Below, one piece after another: positions 1 to 8,415 of a stretch of 64,000 nt of DNA; the stretch's first letter is position 1; every line of letters starts with the position of its first letter. The translations under genes and the position numbers were made by a program. This DNA comes from an uncultured Gammaproteobacteria bacterium (GTDB lineage: Bacteria > Patescibacteriota > Microgenomatia > Daviesbacterales > UBA10151). Location: positions 21,559 through 85,558 of the forward strand of contig CAZVEX010000002.1 in NCBI GenBank assembly GCA_964625535.1. The letters run 5' to 3'. The notes beneath the pieces were generated by a model, which worked only from the letters and a program-made list of their open reading frames with translations, did not search any database and was not told the origin of the DNA.

Positions 1-209
1 CCCTGTCCCGAATGTCCAAAGATGATGGCTTTGCTATTTGGATCTTTTGATACGGCCTCTGCCGCTTTAGATATGAAATCTGGATAATCGTCATCTTTAT
101 TAAATTCATGCGCTCCGAAATCTTCTACCTCATATCCTTCTTTTTTAAGAAATTCCTTAACCTTTTCTTTTAATTCAAAGCCGGCATGATCAGTCGCCAG
201 ATAAACCAT
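1..209 (-). CDS. rpiB: Ribose-5-phosphate isomerase B, 5' part (runs off window)
   Basis: Manual translation MVYLATDHAGFELKEKVKEFL...DDDYPDF...IIFGHSGQG; DHAG and DYPD motifs. Confidence 0.9.
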   Translation of the reverse strand, partial: MVYLATDHAGFELKEKVKEFLKKEGYEVEDFGAHEFNKDDDYPDFISKAAEAVSKDPNSKAIIFGHSGQ

Positions 210-216
210 AGATTTA

Positions 217-471
217 TTATACATTAACTAATCCCAAGGCTTCATTAAGTTTATTTTTGTCAAACCCCAGGATTTTAACTACTTCCCCGTCATCTTTGGT
301 AATTTCCGTAAAAGGCACTCCCATTTGTCCAGATTCCTCAATCAATCTTTTGGCCTCATCGGGTTGTTGATCCACAAAAATATTTTCGTATTGAATGCCT
401 TTTTCTTCCAGGTACTGCTTTTCCATTTTGCAGAATGGACAAGTAGTGGTTGAATAAATTTTTACTTTCAT
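217..471 (-). CDS. Glutaredoxin (NrdH/Grx-like)
   Basis: CPFC redox motif, SGQMGVP; ATG at 471 preceded by GGAGGTG SD. Confidence 0.9.
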   Translation of the reverse strand: MKVKIYSTTTCPFCKMEKQYLEEKGIQYENIFVDQQPDEAKRLIEESGQMGVPFTEITKDDGEVVKILGFDKNKLNEALGLVNV

Positions 472-578
472 AACCTCACCTCCCAAGTTAAATTATAGCA
501 GATATAGTTTGTACCACTTGACTGGACTTAAACCCTTTGATATAAATAATCTTGCTTACTGAAAAGTAGGTTTTCAAG

Positions 579-606
579 AAAACCCGCTTGTGCGCGGGTT
601 TTTTTG
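579..606 (+). terminator. Intrinsic terminator
   Basis: AAAACCCGC-TTGTGC-GCGGGTTTTTTT. Confidence 0.7.
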
Positions 607-622
607 TGGTATACTTTAACTG

Positions 623-740
623 TTCTTTCGGGGTTAGGTGAAAATCCTAATCGGTGGTAATACTCCACGAGTCCGACATAACGTCGGACACGATAAGGTG
701 AAAATCCTTAAGCGACCGTACAGTCGGGATGAAAGGAAGA
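623..740 (+). ncRNA. FMN riboswitch (RFN element)
   Basis: Two GGTGAAAATCC T-loop arms, CGGTGGT..CCACGA, CGAC-CGTACAGTCG-GGATG, P1 TTCTTTC/GAAAGGA; upstream of rib genes; TGTGGTATACT -10 at 605-615. Confidence 0.9.
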
Positions 741-1304
741 ATGTTTACAGGAATAATTACTAATCTTGGCAAAATTTCTCAAAAACAAGGATCTAGCTTA
801 ACAATTTCTGCTTCAAGCAAGTTTTTATCCAAACTAAAAAAGGGTACCAGTATCGCTGTCAACGGCGCTTGTCTAACAGTAGTTAATGTCCAAAAACTTA
901 CATTTACAGTTGATTTAATGCCGGAAACGATCAAGCGAACTAATATTCTTCGGGCAGAATTAGTTAATTTGGAGCTTCCAACTACCCCCCAATCATTTTT
1001 ATCCGGTCATCTTGTCCAGGGACATGTTGACGGAATGGGCAAAATAGAGAAAATTACCAGTCAAATCTTGAAAGTATCTGTTCCGTCAAATCTTGCCCAA
1101 TATCTAATTGAAAAAGGCTCTGTTGCCGTAAACGGCATTTCTTTAACAATAATCAAAGCAGAAAAAAATTATTTTACTGTCGGCATTGTCCCCTATACCT
1201 GGAACAATACCATGTTACACACCATTAAAACAGGTGATTTTATCAATATAGAAGTGGATGTACTGGCAAAGTATGTTGAAAATTTACTAAAGAAAGGAGG
1301 GTAG
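741..1304 (+). CDS. ribE: Riboflavin synthase (alpha type)
   Basis: Diagnostic MFTGII N-terminus (start placed at 741), repeated SxAVNG motifs, GHLVQGHVD. Confidence 0.95.
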   Translation: MFTGIITNLGKISQKQGSSLTISASSKFLSKLKKGTSIAVNGACLTVVNVQKLTFTVDLMPETIKRTNILRAELVNLELPTTPQSFLSGHLVQGHVDGMGKIEKITSQILKVSVPSNLAQYLIEKGSVAVNGISLTIIKAEKNYFTVGIVPYTWNNTMLHTIKTGDFINIEVDVLAKYVENLLKKGG

Positions 1305-1307
1305 TTT

Positions 1308-1712
1308 ATGAAAAAAAATATCGCCATTGTGGCAACGTCGTTTCACAAAAAAAGCATGAAATTGATGGTAGATGATGCAAAAAAGACTGCTTTGGGGGAA
1401 AATCTGCGCGTTGCAGCAGAAGTCTGGGTGCCGGGATGTTATGAAGTGCCCTTGGCACTAAAACGCCTTTTTAGCTCAAAAAATATTGACGGGGCAGTAG
1501 TGCTTGGCATTATTGAGAAAGGGGAAACAAAACACGGTCTAATCATGGGCATGGTTGTCCATGATGCCATAGTAAGAATTGAACTGGAGACGGGAAAACC
1601 AGTAGGACTGGGAATCCTTGGACCGGAAATTCTTTTGAAACAGGTTCCTTCACGGGCAAAACTTTATGCAAAGAAATCAGTTTTGGCGCTAAAGGCAATG
1701 CTTGCAATATGA
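1308..1712 (+). CDS. ribH: 6,7-dimethyl-8-ribityllumazine synthase
   Basis: VPGCYEVP, LGIIEKGETKH, PVGLGIL; operon context. Confidence 0.88.
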   Translation: MKKNIAIVATSFHKKSMKLMVDDAKKTALGENLRVAAEVWVPGCYEVPLALKRLFSSKNIDGAVVLGIIEKGETKHGLIMGMVVHDAIVRIELETGKPVGLGILGPEILLKQVPSRAKLYAKKSVLALKAMLAI

Positions 1713-2290
1713 AACCGGCATCGGCAAATTTACCAACCAAATATGGCCATTTTAAGATATTTGTCTATCAATCAAAGAAAGACGGGCGTGAGCATACGGT
1801 ACTTCTCAAACAAAAAAATAAAAAAGATAAATTTCTGGTGAGAATTCATTCGCAGTGCCTGACAGGAGATACCTTTTCTTCACTGAAATGCGATTGCCGG
1901 GACCAGTTGGTAATGAGTTTAAAAAAAATCGGCAAAGCCCAAAACGGCGCCTTAATTTACCTAAATCAGGAAGGAAGAGGAATTGGATTAACCAATAAAA
2001 TCAAGGCTTATGCACTGCAGGATAGAGGTCTTGATACCATCCAAGCAAATAAAAAGCTGGGGCTTGCTGCAGATCTGCGCGATTACTCAGTGGCTGCGGA
2101 AGTTCTTAAAGACTTGGGCATTTTTCAGATTATACTTTTAACTAATAATCCTGATAAAGCTTCACAGCTTGCATCTTTTGGCATCACCGTTAAAAAGTGC
2201 ATTCCGCTGGAAGTTAGACCCAACCGGATTAATAAAAGCTATCTCAAAACCAAAAAAGAGAAAATGGGCCATAAACTAAAACTTGTTTAA
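1709..2290 (+). CDS. ribA: GTP cyclohydrolase II (monofunctional)
   Basis: VRIHSQCLTGD..CDC, QEGRGIGL, LLTNNP. Confidence 0.95.
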   Translation: MKPASANLPTKYGHFKIFVYQSKKDGREHTVLLKQKNKKDKFLVRIHSQCLTGDTFSSLKCDCRDQLVMSLKKIGKAQNGALIYLNQEGRGIGLTNKIKAYALQDRGLDTIQANKKLGLAADLRDYSVAAEVLKDLGIFQIILLTNNPDKASQLASFGITVKKCIPLEVRPNRINKSYLKTKKEKMGHKLKLV

Positions 2291-2295
2291 TTTGT

Positions 2296-3264
2296 ATGAA
2301 TAAAGACATTAAATTCCTCAAGGAAACTTTAAAGCTTGCCAAAAAAGGGCTGGGTTGGACCAATCCCATGGTTGGAGCAATCCTGGTTAAAGATGGCAAG
2401 ATGATAGGTAAAGGTTACCATAAAAAGGTAGGATTTCCCCATGCCGAAATCGAGGCATTAAAGAAGTGTCGGGAAAATCCAAAAGGGGCAACGCTGTATG
2501 TCAATCTTGAACCATGTGCTATTTTTGGCAGAACACCGCCTTGTGTGGATCCAATCATTAAAAGCGGTATTAAAAAAGTAGTCTATTCAACTTTAGATGC
2601 TAATCCCAAAAATCATGGCAAAGGTACAACAAAATTACAAAAAGCAGGTATTGAAACCTCATTTGGCATATTGGAAAAAGAAGCTAGAAAATTAAATGAA
2701 GCATTTTTTACATTCCATGAAAAAGGTCGGCCCTTTGTGGCCATCAAATTTGCAGCTTCTTTGGATGGAAAAATTGCGACCTATACAGGTGATTCCAAAT
2801 GGATTACCAATGAAAAGGCCAGACGCTATGCCAGAAGCTTGCGGGCAGAGTATCAGGCAGTGCTGGTGGGTATGAATACGGTGTTAAAAGATAATCCTCA
2901 TTTAGGGAATTCTTTAAGAATAATCCTTGGTTCCAAAGTCCCCAAAAATTCTCAAGTGTTACGAGATAAAAATGTTTTAATAATAAATCCCAAAAATATT
3001 AAAGATCTTTTAAATATCTTGAGAGAAAAAGAAATCGTTTCTGTATTGGTAGAGGGCGGGGGAAAAACTTTAGGGGCTTTTTGTGACTGCGGTTTAGTTG
3101 ATAAAGTTTATGCTTTTTATGCTCCAATCATTATTGGCGGCGAAAACGCAGTTAGTATTGGTGGAAAAGGAGCCTCAACTATTCATCAAGCGCTGCATTT
3201 AAAAAATATTTCCTACAAAAGATTTGATGATAATTTCCTGATCACAGGCTATACTGAAAACTAA
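2296..3264 (+). CDS. ribD: Bifunctional riboflavin deaminase/reductase
   Basis: NPMVGA, HAE, LEPC..PPC, ASLDGKIA, VEGGG. Confidence 0.93.
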   Translation: MNKDIKFLKETLKLAKKGLGWTNPMVGAILVKDGKMIGKGYHKKVGFPHAEIEALKKCRENPKGATLYVNLEPCAIFGRTPPCVDPIIKSGIKKVVYSTLDANPKNHGKGTTKLQKAGIETSFGILEKEARKLNEAFFTFHEKGRPFVAIKFAASLDGKIATYTGDSKWITNEKARRYARSLRAEYQAVLVGMNTVLKDNPHLGNSLRIILGSKVPKNSQVLRDKNVLIINPKNIKDLLNILREKEIVSVLVEGGGKTLGAFCDCGLVDKVYAFYAPIIIGGENAVSIGGKGASTIHQALHLKNISYKRFDDNFLITGYTEN

Positions 3265-3349
3265 TTGCTGAGCGTACCGGTTAAGACCCATTTTGTCGTT
3301 ATAGCGTTCAAAACTGGACGCCTCTTGATTAATCAAGTCTATCTAAAAC

Positions 3350-4090
3350 TTAGGTATCAAGCATATCCCAATCTTCACCAAGAACCCAGCGTAAGGTTGA
3401 TAGCTTTCCGTTAATCATGCCCCACTCAAAATCATCATGAGGTCCTAGACCCTTTTTCCCATATTTTTTCTCTACCTTCTTCGCAGCAGAAAAAGCACCT
3501 TTAAGAATATCTGGCGGTGTATCTTTACCAAGGTGACCTCCATTTTTCAACAATTGGTGCCGATCATACCAAACTTTATCGGAAAACTCTTCTTCTGCAG
3601 TAAGGATATCTTTTACATTTCTGATTGGGTCTGAGATAAGATTGTATTTCCGAAGTAGTGAAATTTTATTTTTGACCAATTTTTCTAACATCGGTCGTTC
3701 CCAGCACCTAATTTTATATGCTGGTTTATTATTTTTACAGTAATTTTCAAGATAATCTTTAGCCGGGTTAGATAAAAAGTTAGAAACAATAATGATTACT
3801 CCATCCGGTCGTTCTGCGTTTGCCCAAGAGAGAAGGTTTTGGAGTTCTTTAGGAGGTAATCCTTTCGTGTAGTGTTTACATTCAGCGAACCATGTTTCAA
3901 AGTATTTGGTACCATCAACATCCGGATATTCTCTTTGAAAAACAATATCCCTACCCCTGTCGGCAGGACTAGTTTTTAATCCTGTCCCCTTACGCCAATC
4001 GATATTGAAAAAGCCTAACTTTTGAAGCAAGTCAAAACAGAATTCTTCAAATTCAGTTGGACTAAGATTATTAAAAGAAATAGATCTCAT
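3350..4090 (-). CDS. Mrr-like PD-(D/E)xK restriction endonuclease domain protein with extra C-terminal domain
   Basis: LSPTEFEEFCFDLLQKLGF, DRGRDI, AECKHY. Confidence 0.7.
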   Translation of the reverse strand: MRSISFNNLSPTEFEEFCFDLLQKLGFFNIDWRKGTGLKTSPADRGRDIVFQREYPDVDGTKYFETWFAECKHYTKGLPPKELQNLLSWANAERPDGVIIIVSNFLSNPAKDYLENYCKNNKPAYKIRCWERPMLEKLVKNKISLLRKYNLISDPIRNVKDILTAEEEFSDKVWYDRHQLLKNGGHLGKDTPPDILKGAFSAAKKVEKKYGKKGLGPHDDFEWGMINGKLSTLRWVLGEDWDMLDT

Positions 4091-4149
4091 ATAATTAATT
4101 AGTTTTTAGAAACCATTTCAGACATCCAGGTCACTTTGGGTGCCCGTCT

Positions 4150-4223
4150 TGGCTGCGGGATTAGGAGTCGGACCTAAATTAACAGGTTCAGAGCCTGCTG
4201 TGCTACCATTACACCATCCCGCA
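4150..4223 (-). tRNA. tRNA-Gln(CTG)
   Basis: TGCGGGA/TCCCGCA acceptor stem, GCAGG-CTCTGAA-CCTGT anticodon arm, encoded CCA; T-loop TCCGACT. Confidence 0.92.
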
Positions 4224-4226
4224 ATA

Positions 4227-4466
4227 TTACTTTATTAACTGTTTAAAACTATTACCACCTTTATATGATTTTAATGCCTTCTCTCTTTCCCTTGCTACCT
4301 GATAACTTCTGTACTCTTCATAATGTATTATTTTAAAAGGTTTTCTTTTTCTTGTTGAATAAACCCCTCCTTTGTTATGTTGTTCCAATCGTTTTTCTAA
4401 ATTCTTACATATCCCAATATAATAGCCTTTATCTATTAAGCTTTGTATTATATATACAAATATCAT
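4227..4466 (-). CDS. Small GIY-YIG nuclease (UPF0213-like)
   Basis: FVYII..YYIG..RLEQHN..STRKRKP..AREREKALK. Confidence 0.88.
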   Translation of the reverse strand: MIFVYIIQSLIDKGYYIGICKNLEKRLEQHNKGGVYSTRKRKPFKIIHYEEYRSYQVAREREKALKSYKGGNSFKQLIK

Positions 4467-4469
4467 GAA

Positions 4470-4547
4470 TTCAGAGCCTGCTGTGCTACTTTACCCCGGC
4501 TTGCCCCGCTGAGCGGGGTGAACGGGGCAAGCACCATCCCGCAATAT
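4470..4547 (-). repeat. Duplicated 5' half of tRNA-Gln with a 42-nt palindromic insert in the D-loop
   Basis: 4470-4489 identical to 4187-4206 and 4532-4547 identical to 4212-4227; insert at 4490-4531. Confidence 0.9.
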
Positions 4548-4630
4548 GATAAATTATACTTCTTCTGAAAACCTTAGGCAAAATAGGAACATTGACCCAA
4601 ATAGTCAATGTTGTATAATTATTACTTAAA

Positions 4631-4870
4631 ATGCCTAAGGAATGTTATCAGCTCAAAACCGAACAACAAACGCCATGTTTTATTAAAGCAGGAAGTAAAC
4701 CTTGCTCGGGTGATGATTGTCCGGTTGCTAATCGAATACAAGAATTAAGTGCAAATGACACTGCTGTAAGCAACTCGTTGTTTAATCTAATGTTGCATTC
4801 TATATGTAGAATTAGCTCATTATCTTTTGATAACTGGGAGTACAGACAAAGAACCAATCAAACTTCATAG
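4631..4870 (+). CDS. Small Cys-rich hypothetical protein
   Basis: 79-aa ORF downstream of TTGACC..TATAAT (4592-4619). Confidence 0.5.
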   Translation: MPKECYQLKTEQQTPCFIKAGSKPCSGDDCPVANRIQELSANDTAVSNSLFNLMLHSICRISSLSFDNWEYRQRTNQTS

Positions 4871-5179
4871 TTATTGAGGAAATTTGCGAAGAGACCAGCC
4901 GGAAATTATGGCCGAGAGAGAAAAAACACCAATAAGCAGCATGGGGCTGCCGGTATTTGGTAAAGTTTGTGCTCCGGATTTATTCCTATCCACTATCCTC
5001 GTATAGGCATTAGGAGAAGGCTGCAGCGGTTCTGTTGTTGCTTGGGGAGAGGATTGAGTAACTCCCTCAACTTGTTTTTTTTCTTGAGCAAATCTGCCGC
5101 TTATCAAAAAATATCCCACTGCCAAAGCAGCCAGCACCAACCCTATGGTAATTAGTCTTAGCCAAGGTGAACCTTCCAT
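4871..5179 (-). CDS. Small membrane protein with LPxTG-like sorting motif
   Basis: N-terminal TM helix, low-complexity linker, LPNTG + TM helix + basic tail. Confidence 0.7.
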   Translation of the reverse strand: MEGSPWLRLITIGLVLAALAVGYFLISGRFAQEKKQVEGVTQSSPQATTEPLQPSPNAYTRIVDRNKSGAQTLPNTGSPMLLIGVFSLSAIISGWSLRKFPQ

Positions 5180-5252
5180 GAGCGCAATTTTACCACAAAC
5201 CTATAACTTGAAGCAAGTTACAAGAAGCAAGATGTAATCTTGCGATTATAAT

Positions 5253-6533
5253 CTATGCAACTAAAAAATCTATGGCTGCTTGCACCCTCTCTATAGTCTC
5301 TTCTTCGCCCAGGATTTTAATGCTTTCAAAAAGAGGAGGGGTTACCAGTTGTCCGGAAATGGCCACCCGGATAAGCTGGAACATCTCTCCTGCTTTAATA
5401 TCCATTCCATCGGCCAACTCTCTGAAGGTTTTTTCAAATGAATCTGCATCCCATGGCTTTCCCATTGTTTCCATTTTCTCCAGAATCTTAGTTAGTATTT
5501 CTTTTTTACTTTTAACTTTTAACTTATCAAATTCTTGTTTATCGTATTCCGGAGCCTCCCAAAGAAAATCACAAAGCGGCACAACATCAGAAAGTTTTTT
5601 AATCCTGTCTTTAACCAGCGGAACTATTTTTTCAATCAGCTCTTCCGGGTGTCTTCTTTGCAAATATTCCCAAATTTGAGTTTTGAGTTTTGAATTTTGA
5701 CTTTTCCTTATGTATTCCCCGTTCATCCATTCCAGTTTAGTAATATCAAAAACAGGATTGGCCAGATGAACATCTACCAGATCAAATTCCTCAATCATTT
5801 CATCAAGAGATAAAATTTCTTTTCCGGAAGGAGGAGTCCAGCCCAACAGGGCCATGTAATTTAAGATTGCTTCCGCTAAAAATCCGTCACTGCGAAATTC
5901 CGAGGCCGCTTTGGCTCCATGTCTTTTGGAAAGTTTAGATTTATCAGTACCCAAAATAATCGGTAAGTGAGCAAATTGAGGAGGGGTCCATCCAAAAGCC
6001 GAATAGAGCATCAAATGTTTTGGGGTAGAAGAAATAAACTCATTCCCCCTGATGACATGAGTTATTTCCATAAAATGGTCATCTATTACATTCGCAAAGT
6101 TATATGTGGGATATCCGTCGGATTTGATTAAAACAAAATCTTCTTGAGTATTGTTAGGAAAAGCTATGTCTTTACTGCCCACTAAATCATGCCAGGAAGT
6201 TACACCTTCTTTTTTAGTTTTAAAATATATTGCCCCATCTTTTTCGTAGGCAAAATCTTTTTCCAGCAATTTTCCGGTATGCTCTTTGTATAAATCCCGT
6301 CTTTTAGATTGATAAATTATCTCTCCGTCAAATTGCAGTCCCAGCCATTTTAGAGCACCAATTATATCTTCGGCCGCGCCTTCCACCAAACGAGTCTGAT
6401 CCGTATCTTCAATTCTAAGTGAAAAGGTTCCTTTAGCTTTTTTGGCCACCAAATACGCATAAAGCGCTGTTCTAACGCCTCCTATATGCATTAAGCCGGT
6501 GGGTGATGGAGCAAAGCGGGTTTTAACACTCAT
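5253..6533 (-). CDS. gltX: Glutamyl-tRNA synthetase
   Basis: RFAPSPTG, HIGG, KLSKR. Confidence 0.96.
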   Translation of the reverse strand: MSVKTRFAPSPTGLMHIGGVRTALYAYLVAKKAKGTFSLRIEDTDQTRLVEGAAEDIIGALKWLGLQFDGEIIYQSKRRDLYKEHTGKLLEKDFAYEKDGAIYFKTKKEGVTSWHDLVGSKDIAFPNNTQEDFVLIKSDGYPTYNFANVIDDHFMEITHVIRGNEFISSTPKHLMLYSAFGWTPPQFAHLPIILGTDKSKLSKRHGAKAASEFRSDGFLAEAILNYMALLGWTPPSGKEILSLDEMIEEFDLVDVHLANPVFDITKLEWMNGEYIRKSQNSKLKTQIWEYLQRRHPEELIEKIVPLVKDRIKKLSDVVPLCDFLWEAPEYDKQEFDKLKVKSKKEILTKILEKMETMGKPWDADSFEKTFRELADGMDIKAGEMFQLIRVAISGQLVTPPLFESIKILGEEETIERVQAAIDFLVA

Positions 6534-6557
6534 ACCGGAGAATAGTATAATGGAACT

Positions 6558-7520
6558 ATGACTTTAACTCAAATTGCTATTTTCACCAGACGAACTATCG
6601 TACTCTCAACCATAGTTTTGATTGTATCTGTCCTGGGCTTTATCGGATATAAAATCTGGCTAAACTATTATCTTTCCACTTTGCCGCCGGTTGAAGAACA
6701 ACCGGACACCAAATTCGGCATTCTCCCTTCCCTTGATTTTCCGGCCAGAGAGGTTTCCTCCTCCAATTTTTCTTATTCTCTTGACACAACCACAGGCGGT
6801 TTACCCAAATTTGAAAAAATAATCAAAGTTTTCTTTTTACCCAAAACTTATGCCACCTTTTTATCGGCTCAAAGAAGTCAGGATTTGGCGGAAAAATTCG
6901 GTATCAAAACCCCTCCGCAAATTTTAAGTGAAACAAACTACGTTCATAAAGAAGGCGATAAAACTTTAGAGGTCAACCTGGATAGCGGCAATTTTCGCTT
7001 TAAGAAAGAAGCTACTCCTTCCGCGCAAACTCTTGATAGCAATGATAAATTGGCAGCGGATTTTAAAAATGTCTTAAGTTTCTTGGGAGTTTTGAGGGAA
7101 GAGTTAAAAAACGGCCGCAGCAAAGCAATTGGCGCACAAATTTCCATCTGGCCGGAAGATTTAGACGGCAAAGCTATTTTTACCCCCGAATTTAATAAAT
7201 CTTTAATCAATGCAGAAGTTTTCGGATCAGCCAGTAATTTGGATAACTATCTTTCTCTAAATTACACCTCCTTCCCGATTGATGAAAGTACTTATGCCAC
7301 CTATCCTTTAAAGCGGGCAGAGGAAGCTTTTGAGGATTTAAAGCAAGGCAAAGGTGTGGTGATGATCGAGCCGCCCAAACCGCAAGTCTCCATTACTTCC
7401 GTTTATTTGGGTTATTATTCTCCTGAAAATTATACTCCCTATTTGCAGCCAATCTATATTTTCGAAGGACCGCAATTTGTGGCCTTCACCTCAGCCATTA
7501 GTCAGACCAGCGGAAATTAG
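6558..7520 (+). CDS. Hypothetical membrane-anchored protein
   Basis: 320-aa ORF with a single N-terminal TM helix; TATAAT 7 nt before ATG. Confidence 0.75.
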   Translation: MTLTQIAIFTRRTIVLSTIVLIVSVLGFIGYKIWLNYYLSTLPPVEEQPDTKFGILPSLDFPAREVSSSNFSYSLDTTTGGLPKFEKIIKVFFLPKTYATFLSAQRSQDLAEKFGIKTPPQILSETNYVHKEGDKTLEVNLDSGNFRFKKEATPSAQTLDSNDKLAADFKNVLSFLGVLREELKNGRSKAIGAQISIWPEDLDGKAIFTPEFNKSLINAEVFGSASNLDNYLSLNYTSFPIDESTYATYPLKRAEEAFEDLKQGKGVVMIEPPKPQVSITSVYLGYYSPENYTPYLQPIYIFEGPQFVAFTSAISQTSGN

Positions 7521-8415
7521 CATAGGTCCAGTTTATCAACAGGGTCGTTTCTCCAAAGCGGTCATCAGAACCCAGCACTACCAATAAAACTCTATGGTTA
7601 TCCCTGTCAACCAGCGTCACCAGATTTTCTTTGGCCAGAGTGGTGTACCCTGTTTTAATCCCCAAAATGCCGCTGATCTGTGAAAGAAGTTTATTTAAAT
7701 TACTTAGATGATGCGCATACTTTTTATCCAGAGAAAAAACGTCGGTTTCTTTGGTAGCAAAAATTCTGGCCAGCTGGTAATTTTTCAAAGCTTCCTCGGA
7801 CACTCTCCCAAGATCTCCGGCCGATGAAAAATGCTTTTTATCATCAAAGCCGGCCGGGTTGGTAAAATGAGTCTTGAGTAAACCAAGCTCCATGGCTTTT
7901 TTGTTCATGGCAGAAACAAAACTTAAGACTCCTCCCGGGTAATTTTCCGCAATGGTAAAGGCCGCATCATTGCCGGAATTTAAAAGCATGCCGTAAAGTA
8001 ATGACCTAAAACTTAAACTTTCTCCGCTCACCAGACCCACCTTGGCTCCCTCTATATTAGCACCATCTTTCACAGTTAAAACCGAGTTGGGTTTAAAATA
8101 TTCGCCAGCCACCAGGGCTGTGGCAATTTTGGTGGTAGAGGCAATAGGCAGGGGGATATTGGCATCTTTTTGATAAAGAACGGTATCGGTTGTTAAATCT
8201 TTGATAAACACTGCTCTGGCAGAAAATTGCGGCAGGGGCAAATTGGAAGATACCGGGGGGCTCAAGTATTTTTGCACCCCTGCCACTTGAGCATTATTTT
8301 GGGGAATTTGAAAACTAATCAATACGCTTTCTGTCGACTCAACTAGAATTGGAACTGTTATGGCAATAACTATAGCTATCAAAATTAAACCGGCAGAATA
8401 AAGATAATACCTCAT
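7498..8415 (-). CDS. dacA: D-alanyl-D-alanine carboxypeptidase (peptidase S11)
   Basis: ASTTK, SGN, KTG motifs. Confidence 0.9.
   Translation of the reverse strand: MRYYLYSAGLILIAIVIAITVPILVESTESVLISFQIPQNNAQVAGVQKYLSPPVSSNLPLPQFSARAVFIKDLTTDTVLYQKDANIPLPIASTTKIATALVAGEYFKPNSVLTVKDGANIEGAKVGLVSGESLSFRSLLYGMLLNSGNDAAFTIAENYPGGVLSFVSAMNKKAMELGLLKTHFTNPAGFDDKKHFSSAGDLGRVSEEALKNYQLARIFATKETDVFSLDKKYAHHLSNLNKLLSQISGILGIKTGYTTLAKENLVTLVDRDNHRVLLVVLGSDDRFGETTLLINWTYANFRWSD

Noticed and set aside
4167-4173. GTCCGAC half-site in the tRNA-Gln T-arm (TCCG instead of TTCG)
   Set aside because: Only half of the palindrome; plausibly an ordinary T-loop variant
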